Source of the DNA: a bacterium
Lineage (GTDB): Bacteria > SAR324 > XYD2-FULL-50-16
Length of the DNA stretch: 64,000 bases
Reading direction: 5' to 3'
Assembly (NCBI GenBank): GCA_032250835.1
Contig: JAVVEA010000004.1
Coordinates: 32,001-96,000 of the forward strand
The notes below the pieces were generated by a model that was given only the letters and a program-made list of their open reading frames with translations, was not told where the DNA came from and did no database searches. Numbering within the stretch: the first letter of the stretch is position 1; every line of letters starts with the position of its first letter. Positions 9,840 through 20,000 of the stretch are shown here, one piece after another. Both the position numbers and the translations under genes were made by a program.

Positions 9840-10025
9840 CTAACCTAGTAAACGGCTGATCCAATTAACCGCCGGTTGGATTGTTTCGACCCAGCTTGGG
9901 TTGAGCCAATCTGCCAGATTACGGAGCATTTCAGACAGGTCTTGTTTCCCTAGGTCCTCAGCGAACCACCAGAGGATCTTACGGGAAACCCGCAGCGTCA
10001 GTTTCCATTTGCTTGGATGTTTCAT
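9840..10025 (-). CDS. Small hypothetical protein (61 aa, MKHPSKWK...)
   Basis: RBS AAGAAAGGAA before ATG 10025; AT-rich context. Confidence 0.45.
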   Translation of the reverse strand: MKHPSKWKLTLRVSRKILWWFAEDLGKQDLSEMLRNLADWLNPSWVETIQPAVNWISRLLG

Positions 10026-10264
10026 GTTTCCTTTCTTAAGGAGGTAAAAAAGGACAAAAAATGTTTTCGTCCTAATAGCAAGGTTTATGCGAGTCCAATT
10101 TGTCGTTTTGAGGTCATATTTTTTTAGTCGGCTGTAAAAACTTTTCTCGTGGAGCATAAAAGACTTTATCCAAATCTACTAAGATGAACATGTTCACAGC
10201 AGTTGGAATGGCTCTTTCCAACTAGAAGCATCCACTGGGAGCATCGCTTTATTTTCCAGCCTAG

Positions 10265-10291
10265 TGGTTGCCCCAAGGGGATTCGAACCCC
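10265..10291 (-). other. Orphan tRNA 3' fragment (T-arm, acceptor 3' strand, CCA); possible att-site scar
   Basis: Minus strand GGGGTTCGAATCCCCTTGGGGCAACCA; flanking sequence does not continue as a cloverleaf. Confidence 0.75.
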
Positions 10292-10723
10292 AAGAGGGCG
10301 ATTTTTTTTCTGATTTGAAGATAACCGGTAGGTTGGAGCTTGGTAACCGGGGACGATTACCCTAGCAAGCGGAGTCCTGATTTTTTCTGGTGCTAGGCTA
10401 TCTGGACCTTAGTCCGTGGGCGCGTGGGCTATAATCGGAGAGCTTTTAGCGCCCTTCTGAGCCGAAAATTGAGCGTCTTGAGAGTGTCGTTAAACCGAGT
10501 TAGGACTTGAGCTTTGTGGCTCTGCGCCAAAAAGTGGGGGCTGCGGGGTCTTCAACGAAGGCGCCCCAAGGAAAGTCTACGATTGGGAAGGATCGATCCT
10601 TTTACTGCACGCCAATAGTGGGTGAGTCAGGGGGTACTCTGGGGAGGGCCACTTAGCTAGGCAGGCAAGAGCCCAAGCCAGTTGGGCTGCTTGGCGGATC
10701 AAGCGGAAAGTGCCCCAAGGGGG

Positions 10724-12283
10724 CTATTTCCAGTAGTAGCGGATTAGGTAGCGGAAGTTCTTGAAGCCGCCGGTTTCGCCTTGGATGAAGCCGACCCGGT
10801 CGGCGACGCGCAAGTATACGGGGCCCTGGGGGCTTTCGCGGAAGTTGTAGCGGATTTCGGTGCGGCGGGTGCCGATCAGGTTATATTGGTTTAGGTACTC
10901 GACCTCTTGGTCGTACAACTTGATCTGCGGCGAAAGGTCGGTCTTGCCGACCCGTCCCCATTCGATCACCAGCATCTTGGCCCCAACCTTGGGCTGGATT
11001 AGGAATAGGTCCTCGTCGGCTCGACTGGTCACCATGCCGTAAACCAGATGTTTAGGCCCTAGGTTGTTTAATTCATAGGCGTTGTTGTTGGGCTCCGTCT
11101 CGGACCATTTGGGTAATTGCTCTAGGGTAGGCAACTGCCCTTCAGGTAGCTCCAACATTTCGGCAATTTCTTTGATCAGGTCCGGTTGGGGCTCGAAGGG
11201 CTTAAGCTCCAGCAAGCTCCGTTTGGGCTTAAAGGCCGCTTTGATCCGCAAGCGGTTGATGCCCGGCTCTTCTAATTCAAAACTAAAGTAGGGACTCGGC
11301 TGGGCTAGGGCCGCCACCAGCCGCTTCATGCCGCGTTTGGCTTGGACCATGTACTCACTTTTGTCGCGCCCTAAGCCCGTCAGCCAGTATCCGCCGACGG
11401 CGGAACTGGGGCGCAAGATGCGGTTTTCGAATTGGCTGCGGTGGTAAGGGGAGTCTAGGCCTTCTACTTCTAAGTAGACCATCGACTTTTGCCCTTCTTC
11501 AAAGCTGCCCACCTTCAGCGAGCTGACCGAAAAGAGGGCCAGAAAGCTTTTTTGCCGGTCCTCCAAGGCGTCGTCCAGGTCGTCAGCGGCGACGGGGTCG
11601 ATACCCATCGAAAAGCTGCCTAACTGGGCGTAGCCCGCTTGGCGATAAATCCGCAGCCCCACTTGGTCAAACAACTCCCCTTCCTTGGCGCGCCGGGCCT
11701 CGATCAAGAAGATCACCGGGGCTCCGTTGTAGGCCTCAAAAAGGGGTTGGACAAAATCCGGCTGGTCGTGGGGGCCTTCGGGTAGCTGGGCTTGATGGGG
11801 GCCAAGCAGTTCCAGGTGGAATATTTTTAGGCGCTCACGTAGCGCTTCCAAGGGAACCTGCAAGGGTGTTTCGACTACCAGACTGACCTTCTGCCAGGGG
11901 TCGCTGGCCAAGACCAAATGCATTTTGCGCAGTTGGTCGGCAAGGGGTTCCATCTCCACCTTGCCTTCGATTTTCATAAAAAACGCATCGCCCTGGCGCT
12001 TTTCTTCTAAGACCTTAACAGCGTTGATATAGCGGTCGGGCCGGATGCGGCGGCCAGCCAAACGAGAGTCGATGAACTCCTTGTACATCGGCTCGCCGAG
12101 CAAAGAAAAAATTGCCTGATGGACCACTTGTTCGCGCAGCGCCGAGAAGGCCCGGTTACGGGCGTAGACCACGTCGCGGTCCAAAACCTCGACCTGGGTT
12201 TCTACTTGATAACTTTTGATGGCTTGGGCTTGCGACAGCAGGGGGAACCAAAGAGCCAAGCACAGCAGGGCAACTAGCCTCAT
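10724..12283 (-). CDS. Exported hypothetical protein with C-terminal ETEPNN (PPC-like) domain
   Basis: Signal peptide, 519 aa, SETEPNN...DEDLF motif. Confidence 0.75.
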   Translation of the reverse strand: MRLVALLCLALWFPLLSQAQAIKSYQVETQVEVLDRDVVYARNRAFSALREQVVHQAIFSLLGEPMYKEFIDSRLAGRRIRPDRYINAVKVLEEKRQGDAFFMKIEGKVEMEPLADQLRKMHLVLASDPWQKVSLVVETPLQVPLEALRERLKIFHLELLGPHQAQLPEGPHDQPDFVQPLFEAYNGAPVIFLIEARRAKEGELFDQVGLRIYRQAGYAQLGSFSMGIDPVAADDLDDALEDRQKSFLALFSVSSLKVGSFEEGQKSMVYLEVEGLDSPYHRSQFENRILRPSSAVGGYWLTGLGRDKSEYMVQAKRGMKRLVAALAQPSPYFSFELEEPGINRLRIKAAFKPKRSLLELKPFEPQPDLIKEIAEMLELPEGQLPTLEQLPKWSETEPNNNAYELNNLGPKHLVYGMVTSRADEDLFLIQPKVGAKMLVIEWGRVGKTDLSPQIKLYDQEVEYLNQYNLIGTRRTEIRYNFRESPQGPVYLRVADRVGFIQGETGGFKNFRYLIRYYWK

Positions 12284-14181
12284 GCCTGTGACTCCAAGGC
12301 CCGCGCGAATTGTGCGAGCAATTGTTCCTGGTACGCCGGCAGGTTGGCTTCAAAGCCCTTGGGGTAAAAGCGTTCCAACCAAGCGTCGACATCCACCGGG
12401 CCCAGTTGGGTTTCCAACAAGTTGCGCTGGGCCCAATCGAGGCAGAGGCCGGATTTTAAAAAGATGCGGATCACCTCGGGGTCTAGATGTCCGTCTTTGA
12501 CCATAAAACCAAGGATTTCTAGGGCCTTTGAGAGCGGCATAGGCTGTTTGTAGGGCCGGTCGCTGGCCGTAAGGGCCTCAAAGATGTCCACCACCGCGAT
12601 GATGCGCGACTGAAGGGGCAGTTGGTTGGCCTTTAGCTTGTGGGGATAACCAGTGCCGTTGAGCGTCTCGTGGTGCGCCGCAGCGTAGAGCGGGAGCTTG
12701 AGCATTTTACGCGGAAAAGGCAGCTTGAACAGCCAGCGCCAAGAGCGGTCCGCGTGGTCGTTGATGATCTTGCGTTCGGCGTCTGAGAGCGTCCCTTTGC
12801 GGATCGAAAGCAACTCTTTTTCCTTTTCGTCCACCAACGCTTCGGGGCTGGGCTGGGCCAACAGCTCGACCTGGGCAATGTAGTCGACGTTGATGCCCTG
12901 CGCGGTGGTGGATTTAAGGAATTGCCGGTGGCTACGCGTGGCGGCGGCTTCGATCTGGGCAATCTTTTCGTCGGCCATAAACTCGCCGCCAAAGTTAAAC
13001 TGCAAAAGCTGTTGCAGCTCGCCCACCAGTTCTTTGACCTGTTCGTTTTTGGTCCCTTCTAGTTCCTTGAGTTCGTCGGGATTGGTGCCCGTTTCTAAGG
13101 CTTTGACCTTGGCTTGCAGGAAGTCAATCTCTAGGTCTTTGATCTTCGAGTTGTAGCGCTGGACTAACATATCAAACCGGTCGACCAGCACCTCCATCTT
13201 CAACTGTTTGCTGACCACACTTTCAGGGGTGGTCAGCTTGCCGATGTCGTGCATCCAGCCGGAAAGCCGGATTTCTTCCATCTGGTCTTCGGTGAACATC
13301 ATGGGGCCGTACATCCCCTCGGGGTGCTTGCTGACCATTTCGGCAATCTCGTAGGTCAAGCTGGCTACCCGGTTGATGTGACCAAAGTTGTAAGGACTTT
13401 TTTCGCCCAAACCTTCGGCCAAAACCTGCACAAATGCGGCAAAGAGGCGTTCTTGCTCAGATACAAGCCGGTCAGTGGTGAGGGAGACGGCCGCTTGGTA
13501 GCTGATCGCCTGGACCACCGCCTGATCGCTGGCGGCGAAGGGGATCACCTCACCATCTTTGTCTTTGCGGTTGATCAACTGCAAAACGCCGATGATCTCG
13601 TTTTCGTGGTCGCGCAGGGGGATCACCAGCATGGACTTGCTGCGGTAGCCGGTCTGCTCGTCGTATTTTTTGGTGCCTGAAAAGTCAAAACCCTGGGCGT
13701 TGTATACGTCAGGGATGTTGATTACTTGGCCAGTGTTGGCGCAGTAGGCCGAAACGTTATTGACGTTTTGGACGCCCTGAACCTCCAAGGGAACAGGGGG
13801 CAAGAAGAATTCGCCGGCTTCGGTGCGCTGGCGGTAGACGTTCATGCTGTCGTTTTGTAGCACCTCAAAGTTGAGGTATTTGGCCTTGAGCTCGCCGGGG
13901 TTGAGGGGCTCGTCGTAATATTCCAGGTCCACCATGTATAAGGTGCCCCCATCGGCATTGGTCAGTTTGCGCGCGGTGGATAAGATGATCTCCATCCCCT
14001 GGCGGCGGTCCTTCATGGTTTTGTTGAGGTCCCCGCCCGCTTCGATTAAGATGTCTACTTGCCGCTCTAATTCACCGATCTCTTTGTGGATCGACGAGAA
14101 GGCGCGCAGGACACGCTCATTGAGCCCCTCGTGCTTTTGCAGTAGCGTCTCAAACTGGATCAGACGGGTGGATAGACGCAT
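12280..14181 (-). CDS. GAF + HD-GYP cyclic di-GMP phosphodiesterase
   Basis: GAF (TGYRSKSMLVIPL), HDIGK, HHETLNGTGYP, DIFEALTASDRPYK. Confidence 0.93.
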   Translation of the reverse strand: MRLSTRLIQFETLLQKHEGLNERVLRAFSSIHKEIGELERQVDILIEAGGDLNKTMKDRRQGMEIILSTARKLTNADGGTLYMVDLEYYDEPLNPGELKAKYLNFEVLQNDSMNVYRQRTEAGEFFLPPVPLEVQGVQNVNNVSAYCANTGQVINIPDVYNAQGFDFSGTKKYDEQTGYRSKSMLVIPLRDHENEIIGVLQLINRKDKDGEVIPFAASDQAVVQAISYQAAVSLTTDRLVSEQERLFAAFVQVLAEGLGEKSPYNFGHINRVASLTYEIAEMVSKHPEGMYGPMMFTEDQMEEIRLSGWMHDIGKLTTPESVVSKQLKMEVLVDRFDMLVQRYNSKIKDLEIDFLQAKVKALETGTNPDELKELEGTKNEQVKELVGELQQLLQFNFGGEFMADEKIAQIEAAATRSHRQFLKSTTAQGINVDYIAQVELLAQPSPEALVDEKEKELLSIRKGTLSDAERKIINDHADRSWRWLFKLPFPRKMLKLPLYAAAHHETLNGTGYPHKLKANQLPLQSRIIAVVDIFEALTASDRPYKQPMPLSKALEILGFMVKDGHLDPEVIRIFLKSGLCLDWAQRNLLETQLGPVDVDAWLERFYPKGFEANLPAYQEQLLAQFARALESQA

Positions 14182-14187
14182 GGGGTC

Positions 14188-14577
14188 TTAATTGTGGCGG
14201 ATGTGCTCTTGCTGCTCTTGAACTTCCTTGCACTGTATGCACAGGGTGGTTACTGGCCGGGCCTCTAAACGCTGTTTGCCAATCGGCTCCCCGCATTCTT
14301 CACACTCATTATAAGCACCCTCTTCGAGCCGCGCGATAGCTTGGCGTACCTTTTTGATCAATTTACGCTCACGGTCGCGGATGCGCAGGGTGGTGTTGCG
14401 CTCGAATTCGTAAGTCGCCCGGTCGCCGGGGTCAGGGAATTCAAGGTCTGCGTCCTGCATCTCTTGCATCGTGCCGCCTGACTCTTCAATCAAGTCGCGG
14501 ATCTGCTGCTCTAAAAGCGCCTTAAAGTGTTCAAACTCTTCGGGGCTAATATCCGGGTTGCTTTCGTCAAATCTCAT
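14188..14577 (-). CDS. dksA: RNA polymerase-binding factor DksA
   Basis: DPGDRA, RDRERKLI, CEECG...RLEARP..LCIQCK. Confidence 0.96.
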   Translation of the reverse strand: MRFDESNPDISPEEFEHFKALLEQQIRDLIEESGGTMQEMQDADLEFPDPGDRATYEFERNTTLRIRDRERKLIKKVRQAIARLEEGAYNECEECGEPIGKQRLEARPVTTLCIQCKEVQEQQEHIRHN

Positions 14578-14590
14578 AATGCCTCCTGGG

Positions 14591-15277
14591 TCAACGAACG
14601 GTTATACGTTCAACTTGTCCGTTCCCGTCAGTATATTGAAGCTGGTTCTCACGAATCCAGCGGAGGTTAAGGTCGGCGCTGTAGTTGACCACCGTGGGTG
14701 CGAGGTGGGTCACCTCGTTTTTGCCCTGCTCGACTACATGCAGTTTGAAGCTGTACTGATAGCGGGTTCGGCCATCAGAGGTTTCAACCTGCTTTCCACC
14801 GACAATGTGGGTGAAGGCACCCTTGTCCTTGCCGTTAAAGACAAAGTTCCCCGCCGTGTTCGAGCGGGGCAGCAGGTCTTGGATTTCACCATCTTCCAAG
14901 ATACGGAACAGTCGAGACAAACCGCCTTTGACCTTGAGGCGGTAAAACCCGTCTTCCAAAGCTTCCAGGCTAACGTCCATTTCCTCACCGGGAATCAACT
15001 CCAGCTTCTTCTGGTTGTCTTCGTCAGTGGCGTAAACCAGCAGACCTTGCTTAATGACGAGCATACCACGTACAGCAAGGCCCTGTCTCGAAAAAATGCG
15101 CTCCCCATTTCGGTAGAGGCTGTTGGCCAACCGCTCGGCTGGGAATACCTGGTATCCCTCTTCCAAGGCCAATATAGGGCTGGCCGGTTCTTCTTGGGGC
15201 TCCGGCGTGGCGTCTTGGGCCCACAAAGGATTGCTGGCCAAAAGGAAAAGAGCGGAAAGAACTAGTACAAGGCGCAT
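14591..15277 (-). CDS. Exported hypothetical protein
   Basis: Signal peptide ending LWA, co-oriented in gene string. Confidence 0.75.
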   Translation of the reverse strand: MRLVLVLSALFLLASNPLWAQDATPEPQEEPASPILALEEGYQVFPAERLANSLYRNGERIFSRQGLAVRGMLVIKQGLLVYATDEDNQKKLELIPGEEMDVSLEALEDGFYRLKVKGGLSRLFRILEDGEIQDLLPRSNTAGNFVFNGKDKGAFTHIVGGKQVETSDGRTRYQYSFKLHVVEQGKNEVTHLAPTVVNYSADLNLRWIRENQLQYTDGNGQVERITVR

Positions 15278-15338
15278 TACATTGCATCCATGCTGGGTTT
15301 AGACGCCTCCTCAGAGGGTAAAAGTCAGTTCGTACAAT

Positions 15339-16013
15339 TTAGTGTCCTACAGAGAGCTTGTCAATCACTTCCATTCCTTCGGGAATCTCGAAGTAGAAGT
15401 CTTGAGGCTTTAAAGCGGGCTGAGTCTGGGGATTTTTGAGGTCAAAACGCCTCCAATTTCCCTGCTCATCAAACAAAATGAATGATTCGACCAATCCGCC
15501 ACCGGGCTTTAGGTGCAGCTCCGCGAGGCCCGGCACCGGCTTTTTAGGGCTAAGGTAAAGCCAGCCAGGACCCTTGTCTTCAGTACCGAAGCGGGGCTTG
15601 TTTGAGCTTAAATAAGCCTCCGACAAAGGCGCCGAAGAAAACAAAAAAGCCAAACCTTCTAAGCGGTCCACTTCCGATTTGTCGGCGAGGGTGACGTTTT
15701 CTAAGAGCGGATCGAAGATCCAAACCCGGTCGGTGCCCACGATGATCAACAAAGGCTCCGGCTCGAGGTATTCAAAACGGATCAAGCCGGGGCGCATCCA
15801 AGCCAACTTGCCGCCTGAGGTGATCTTGCGGTCTTTGAGGCGGTTGTAGCTGCTTTGGATGAATTGGGCCGAAAACTTTTGGCTTTGGCGCAAGCGCTGG
15901 CTTAGCCGGTCCATCTCGTCGGCCCACAGGGGGGGGCTGATTAGGGCCAGCAGCAACCAACCGCAGGCGAAGCGGGCCAGCCTGTTGAGGGCTTTGGGGG
16001 TAGACAACTTCAA
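15339..16013 (-). CDS. lolA: Outer membrane lipoprotein carrier LolA
   Basis: FSAQFIQ, RPGLIRFEY..PEP, VWIFDP.LENVT, FEIPEG. Confidence 0.85.
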   Translation of the reverse strand: MKLSTPKALNRLARFACGWLLLALISPPLWADEMDRLSQRLRQSQKFSAQFIQSSYNRLKDRKITSGGKLAWMRPGLIRFEYLEPEPLLIIVGTDRVWIFDPLLENVTLADKSEVDRLEGLAFLFSSAPLSEAYLSSNKPRFGTEDKGPGWLYLSPKKPVPGLAELHLKPGGGLVESFILFDEQGNWRRFDLKNPQTQPALKPQDFYFEIPEGMEVIDKLSVGH

Positions 16014-16480
16014 GCTAGGTTTGAGAGATGGCGGTTGAGGTTTTCCATGAACAAATACCAGCCTTCGCGCTCGCCCTGTTCCAAGACCGCTTTTTTGTGT
16101 TCTTCGGACTGGAAGACCGAAAAGAGCGAGAGCCTGGATTTGCCCGCCTCCAGGTCGTCAAAGACCACCACGTTGACCAAGGGGATTTGGTCGCGGTCGT
16201 CATCCCAGGTGTCGATGTATACTAAGCGCTGGTTTGGGGTTACTTCCTGGTACTGCCCTTGGGTGGGGTACAGGTCGCCCATTTCAGAGCGCAGGTGCAG
16301 TTTAAACTGCCCGCCTACTTTCGCGTCTACTTCGCAAAGCTCAACGCTAAAGCCCGGCGGTTTGAACCACTGGCTCAACTGTTCCGCTTCGGTCCAGGCA
16401 AGGTAAACCTGCTCTTTGGGGAATTCTAATTGCAGGGTGAAGATCAATTCGGCATCGGTACTGTCGGTCATGTCCGTCAT
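16010..16480 (-). CDS. SRPBCC/AHSA1 domain protein
   Basis: VYLAWT....QWF.P, GGQF, EVTPNQRLVY, EGW. Confidence 0.9.
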   Translation of the reverse strand: MTDMTDSTDAELIFTLQLEFPKEQVYLAWTEAEQLSQWFKPPGFSVELCEVDAKVGGQFKLHLRSEMGDLYPTQGQYQEVTPNQRLVYIDTWDDDRDQIPLVNVVVFDDLEAGKSRLSLFSVFQSEEHKKAVLEQGEREGWYLFMENLNRHLSNLA

Positions 16481-16633
16481 ATTCGCTCATAGGAGTCGCG
16501 GGTAAAGTACCCTGGGGTGCTCAAAGCGTCGGTCCGGGGGGGGCTGAGTCCCTGGACTTAGGTGTTGGGTTGGGCATGGGGCTAAAGCTTAGATCTCATT
16601 TTTTTTTCGGCCGCTTCTTTGAGCTAGCCGCTT

Positions 16634-16825
16634 TCATTCGTTTCCGCCCGAGACTTCGGTGATGGTGATCTGCTCCCCATCGACCTGATAAACAATCTGG
16701 TTGGGGTTGCAGCAGACCTCACAGTCGTAAATTTCGGTGACCGGCCCGTTGAACTGGTCGCCGGATTCTAAGTACACCTTAAAGGATTCGAAGCAGAAAT
16801 AACAGGTCACCGTCTTTTCAACCAT
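16634..16825 (-). CDS. CPXCG-type small cysteine-rich protein
   Basis: CYFC and YDCEVCCNP motifs. Confidence 0.8.
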   Translation of the reverse strand: MVEKTVTCYFCFESFKVYLESGDQFNGPVTEIYDCEVCCNPNQIVYQVDGEQITITEVSGGNE

Positions 16826-16836
16826 AAAGGGGCCTT

Positions 16837-17073
16837 TTATCGGATCGGCTTTTCGATTTCGAGGATAGCGTTTTCTACCTCTTCCATCTTTTTCGAGAGC
16901 ACCGCTTGGGCATCAAAAAGTCCCCGGTTGTAAAAGTAGGGCCCCAGTTTTTCGGCAATAAAATCCAACAAAAACCCGGCATCAAAGGGCCCCAATTCGG
17001 TCTCCAACTCTTTGGCGAAGTAGGCCTGTAATTTCTCGATGATTTCGTCTCGGTTATGCTTGGTTAAGTTCAT
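16837..17073 (-). CDS. DUF2164 family protein
   Basis: LQAYF..EL..ELG.FDA.FLLDFI...GPYFYN.G..DA; start moved to ATG 17073. Confidence 0.85.
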   Translation of the reverse strand: MNLTKHNRDEIIEKLQAYFAKELETELGPFDAGFLLDFIAEKLGPYFYNRGLFDAQAVLSKKMEEVENAILEIEKPIR

Positions 17074-17459
17074 GGGCCTAGGTTTACTGGGTGGGGCCTT
17101 GATTCCTTTGGAAGGCCCCTTTTTGCTTAAATCTTCGTGGAGGCCAGGGGGCCTTGGCTTCGTCCTTTTGGCGCTGTTGCTTGGCCAGCTCTGTCTTGGT
17201 GTGGTGAGTTGGCACAATCTGTTGCGCCCGGGAGCGCCGCTATCTATTCCAAAGCTTTACCTTGGGACCGGCAAAGCGGTCAAACGGTTTAGTGTCGGGG
17301 TGAAACTTGAGCAGGCGGCAAAGCTTTTTTGAGGTGCCTTTAGCCAGTTTGCCTTTAATCCCCGGACAGACCAACGGTTATGGTTGAGTTTCTAGGGCTT
17401 GTGGCGGGGGCGGCTGTGAAAGACCCGTGCATAGTTGGGAGACCTTTTAGGGGCTACAA

Positions 17460-18791
17460 TCAGCTAGCCAACGGAATGGTTAAGGTGAAGATGCTTCCCT
17501 TGGGGAGGTTGGGCTCAAAGGTCAATTGGCAGTCCATTTTGTCTGCAAACCGTTTGGAAACATAAAGGCCAACGCCGGTGCTGCTTTCCAAAGATTGGGG
17601 TTTGTTGCCTACCTGAGCAAACTTTTTAAAGAGCAAGGGCTGTTTTTCGCTGGGTATGCCCATTCCTTGGTCCATCACCTGGATTTTGTAGGAATGATCC
17701 TTGATGCGGCCGAGGACGCGAATTTTTCCCCCCGATGCGCTGTACTTAAAGGCATTTGAAATCAGGTTGGAGATAATGATTTCAGTACTTCGTCGGTTTA
17801 ACCTACAGTTGCTTTCTTCAAAGGCGGAGGTTAATTCAATCCCCCGGATGATGGAGTCGGCTGGTTTTTTGTCGGTGATATATTCGAAGATCTGGTCGAT
17901 TCCTATGGTTTCCATGGCAAACAATTGGCTGATGTCTTCGGCATCGGCTAGCTGTAAAATCTCGTCTATTTGGCCCAGCATATTTGAAGAGGCTTGGGCA
18001 ATCATGCTTAAGTATCGCGCGCCTTCTTGCAGATCCGCTTCCCCGTTTAACAACTGAGACAATCCCGAAATGCCAATCAGAGGGGTTTTCAGGTCATGCA
18101 CAATCGTTTTCAGGTCTTCTCTTTTTTCGGTCAGCGCCTTCGCACTGGATATGGCGGTGCTTAATTTCTGGTCGTAACTAATTAGTTTTTCTTTGGTTTC
18201 GCTCAGCTGTTTGAGTAGCGTTCTTTGGTAAATTAGTTGGGTACCCGAAAGCGTGATGGTCTCAATGAGTGATTTATTGAACCGCAAAATGGCCGATACC
18301 TTTTCTTTGGAATATCTGGGGATTAGGCTAATGGACGCTAAATATTCCTTTTTATCGTACCCGAAGCGCTCGGCTTGTGCCTCAAAAGAGGCCCAATCAA
18401 TGGTTTCGTCTTCGTAGAAAAACTGGCCAAAATAGTAATTCGCCAGATGATAACCCCCAATATCGATGGGGATGGCCGCATCCCAGAGCCCATTTTGACA
18501 TTTGTAGGCAGGATATTGGAGATCAAGGTCCTGGCTCTGCTTTTCGGCCAGTTCTTGGGTGTTCTGGGTCAAAAAAAGATCGCTCGCAAGGCAGCCTGTG
18601 CAGCTTTCGGCGTTCTTGCGGTGGAACTCGGTACAGGCCCTTTGCCCGCCAGCCTGGGCAATGAAGGTCCCCTCAAGATCCAGGACCGCAACGGGGATGT
18701 TAAAGGCCTCAGATAGGTCCGTCAGTAATCGTTGCAGGTGGGATTGATCGATTAGGTCGGTGAATTTAAAGGGCAGGTTGGGTCTAGACAC
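17460..18791 (-). CDS. PocR sensor histidine kinase
   Basis: PocR cysteines (CTEFHR, CLASD, YKCQNGLWD), HDLKTPL, NAFKYS, DQGMGI; probable GTG start 18791 after AAGGAA. Confidence 0.88.
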   Translation of the reverse strand: MSRPNLPFKFTDLIDQSHLQRLLTDLSEAFNIPVAVLDLEGTFIAQAGGQRACTEFHRKNAESCTGCLASDLFLTQNTQELAEKQSQDLDLQYPAYKCQNGLWDAAIPIDIGGYHLANYYFGQFFYEDETIDWASFEAQAERFGYDKKEYLASISLIPRYSKEKVSAILRFNKSLIETITLSGTQLIYQRTLLKQLSETKEKLISYDQKLSTAISSAKALTEKREDLKTIVHDLKTPLIGISGLSQLLNGEADLQEGARYLSMIAQASSNMLGQIDEILQLADAEDISQLFAMETIGIDQIFEYITDKKPADSIIRGIELTSAFEESNCRLNRRSTEIIISNLISNAFKYSASGGKIRVLGRIKDHSYKIQVMDQGMGIPSEKQPLLFKKFAQVGNKPQSLESSTGVGLYVSKRFADKMDCQLTFEPNLPKGSIFTLTIPLAS

Positions 18792-19237
18792 AGGGGTTCC
18801 TTTGAATACCTGAATTTTCGCCTCATAGGGAACCAAGTGACTTAGGGTGTTACCTAGACGAGGCCTTGGTTTCAGTCTACCACACCTTGAACCAGGAATT
18901 TTAATCTTTATTATCAAAGGAACTAAAATATTGCCGCAAATGCCGTCAAACCGCTTGGGGCCACAGGAGGATTTTCTGAAACAACACAAAAAATGAGGTG
19001 AGTGCTGTTGAAATGAAAATTTGGAGGGTGATATTTGCGGTCCCGGTCAATGAAACGACTGAAACTAGCTGCCTGATTCCTAAATCAAGAGGACTTTGGT
19101 GGGAAATACAGGGGGCGTTGAATACAAAACTCAAGGCCCCGTTGCTCTGTGCGGGAGTTGAGGCAGAAGTAACATCAACCGTAGAGTAAGCTTGAAAGTT
19201 TCTTGGTGGCCCTTAGGTGTCTGCGGGAGGCGTGAAT

Positions 19238-19819
19238 TTATGCCTTGGCCACCGCCATTAACACCGGTTTTTCTTCGCCGAAGAAAGGCATGGAAAAGGC
19301 GCGGGTTACTTGGGGTGATTCAAACCCTGCTTGGCGCAAAGCGGCCTCAACTTGGCCTTGGGTGAAGCCCGGCCCGGGCACCTGCTCAATGGTTTCCCAG
19401 TCCCATTGAACCAAGAGTCCCCCAGGCTTAAGCAAGGCCCTTAATTGAGCTAAAGTCGCTGCATAATCGGGCACAAAGGCGCAAACCGAAGAGGCCACCA
19501 CCAGATCAAAGTGGGCTGGGTAGGGAGTTCCCGAAGGGTCTTTTAGGTCCTCCAGGGCGCCGCAAAAGGCCGTAACCTGGGGCAGGTTTTTTTCCTTTAA
19601 GACCCGGATCATCTGTGGAGATGTATCTAAAGACACCGCGCTTTTCACCAAGGGTGATAGTTTTTCGGTCAGTAGCCCTGTACCGCAGCCAAAGTCAAAA
19701 ACGCTCAGACCGGTTAAGTCAATCAGCCCAGTCAGTTGCTCAAAGGCCTTACCGGCGTATTCCCTGACTACAGGGTTGCTGTCCCACTCTAAGGCGCTGT
19801 CATCCCAACTATCGCTCAT
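19238..19819 (-). CDS. Class I SAM-dependent methyltransferase
   Basis: VFDFGCGTG, FDLVVASS, LKPGG. Confidence 0.9.
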   Translation of the reverse strand: MSDSWDDSALEWDSNPVVREYAGKAFEQLTGLIDLTGLSVFDFGCGTGLLTEKLSPLVKSAVSLDTSPQMIRVLKEKNLPQVTAFCGALEDLKDPSGTPYPAHFDLVVASSVCAFVPDYAATLAQLRALLKPGGLLVQWDWETIEQVPGPGFTQGQVEAALRQAGFESPQVTRAFSMPFFGEEKPVLMAVAKA

Positions 19820-20000
19820 CTGACCTCTATTTGAAGACTTGGCCTAAAACTGCGTACTTCATTGTGAAAATTGCCTAATATACTATTGCATAGGGGTCCA
19901 AAATCTAGCTGGCCAGCTCACCATATTCCGCGCAATCACAAAGGGGCTATTCTATTGCCCGCTTTAATCTCCACCCAAACACCCGATACGAGTGGGCGCT

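Noticed and set aside
10265-10340. Complete tRNA gene
   Set aside because: Only the T-arm and acceptor 3' strand are present; no anticodon or D arm.
14471-15265. 264-aa plus-strand ORF
   Set aside because: Antisense shadow of the signal-peptide gene 14591-15277 and dksA.
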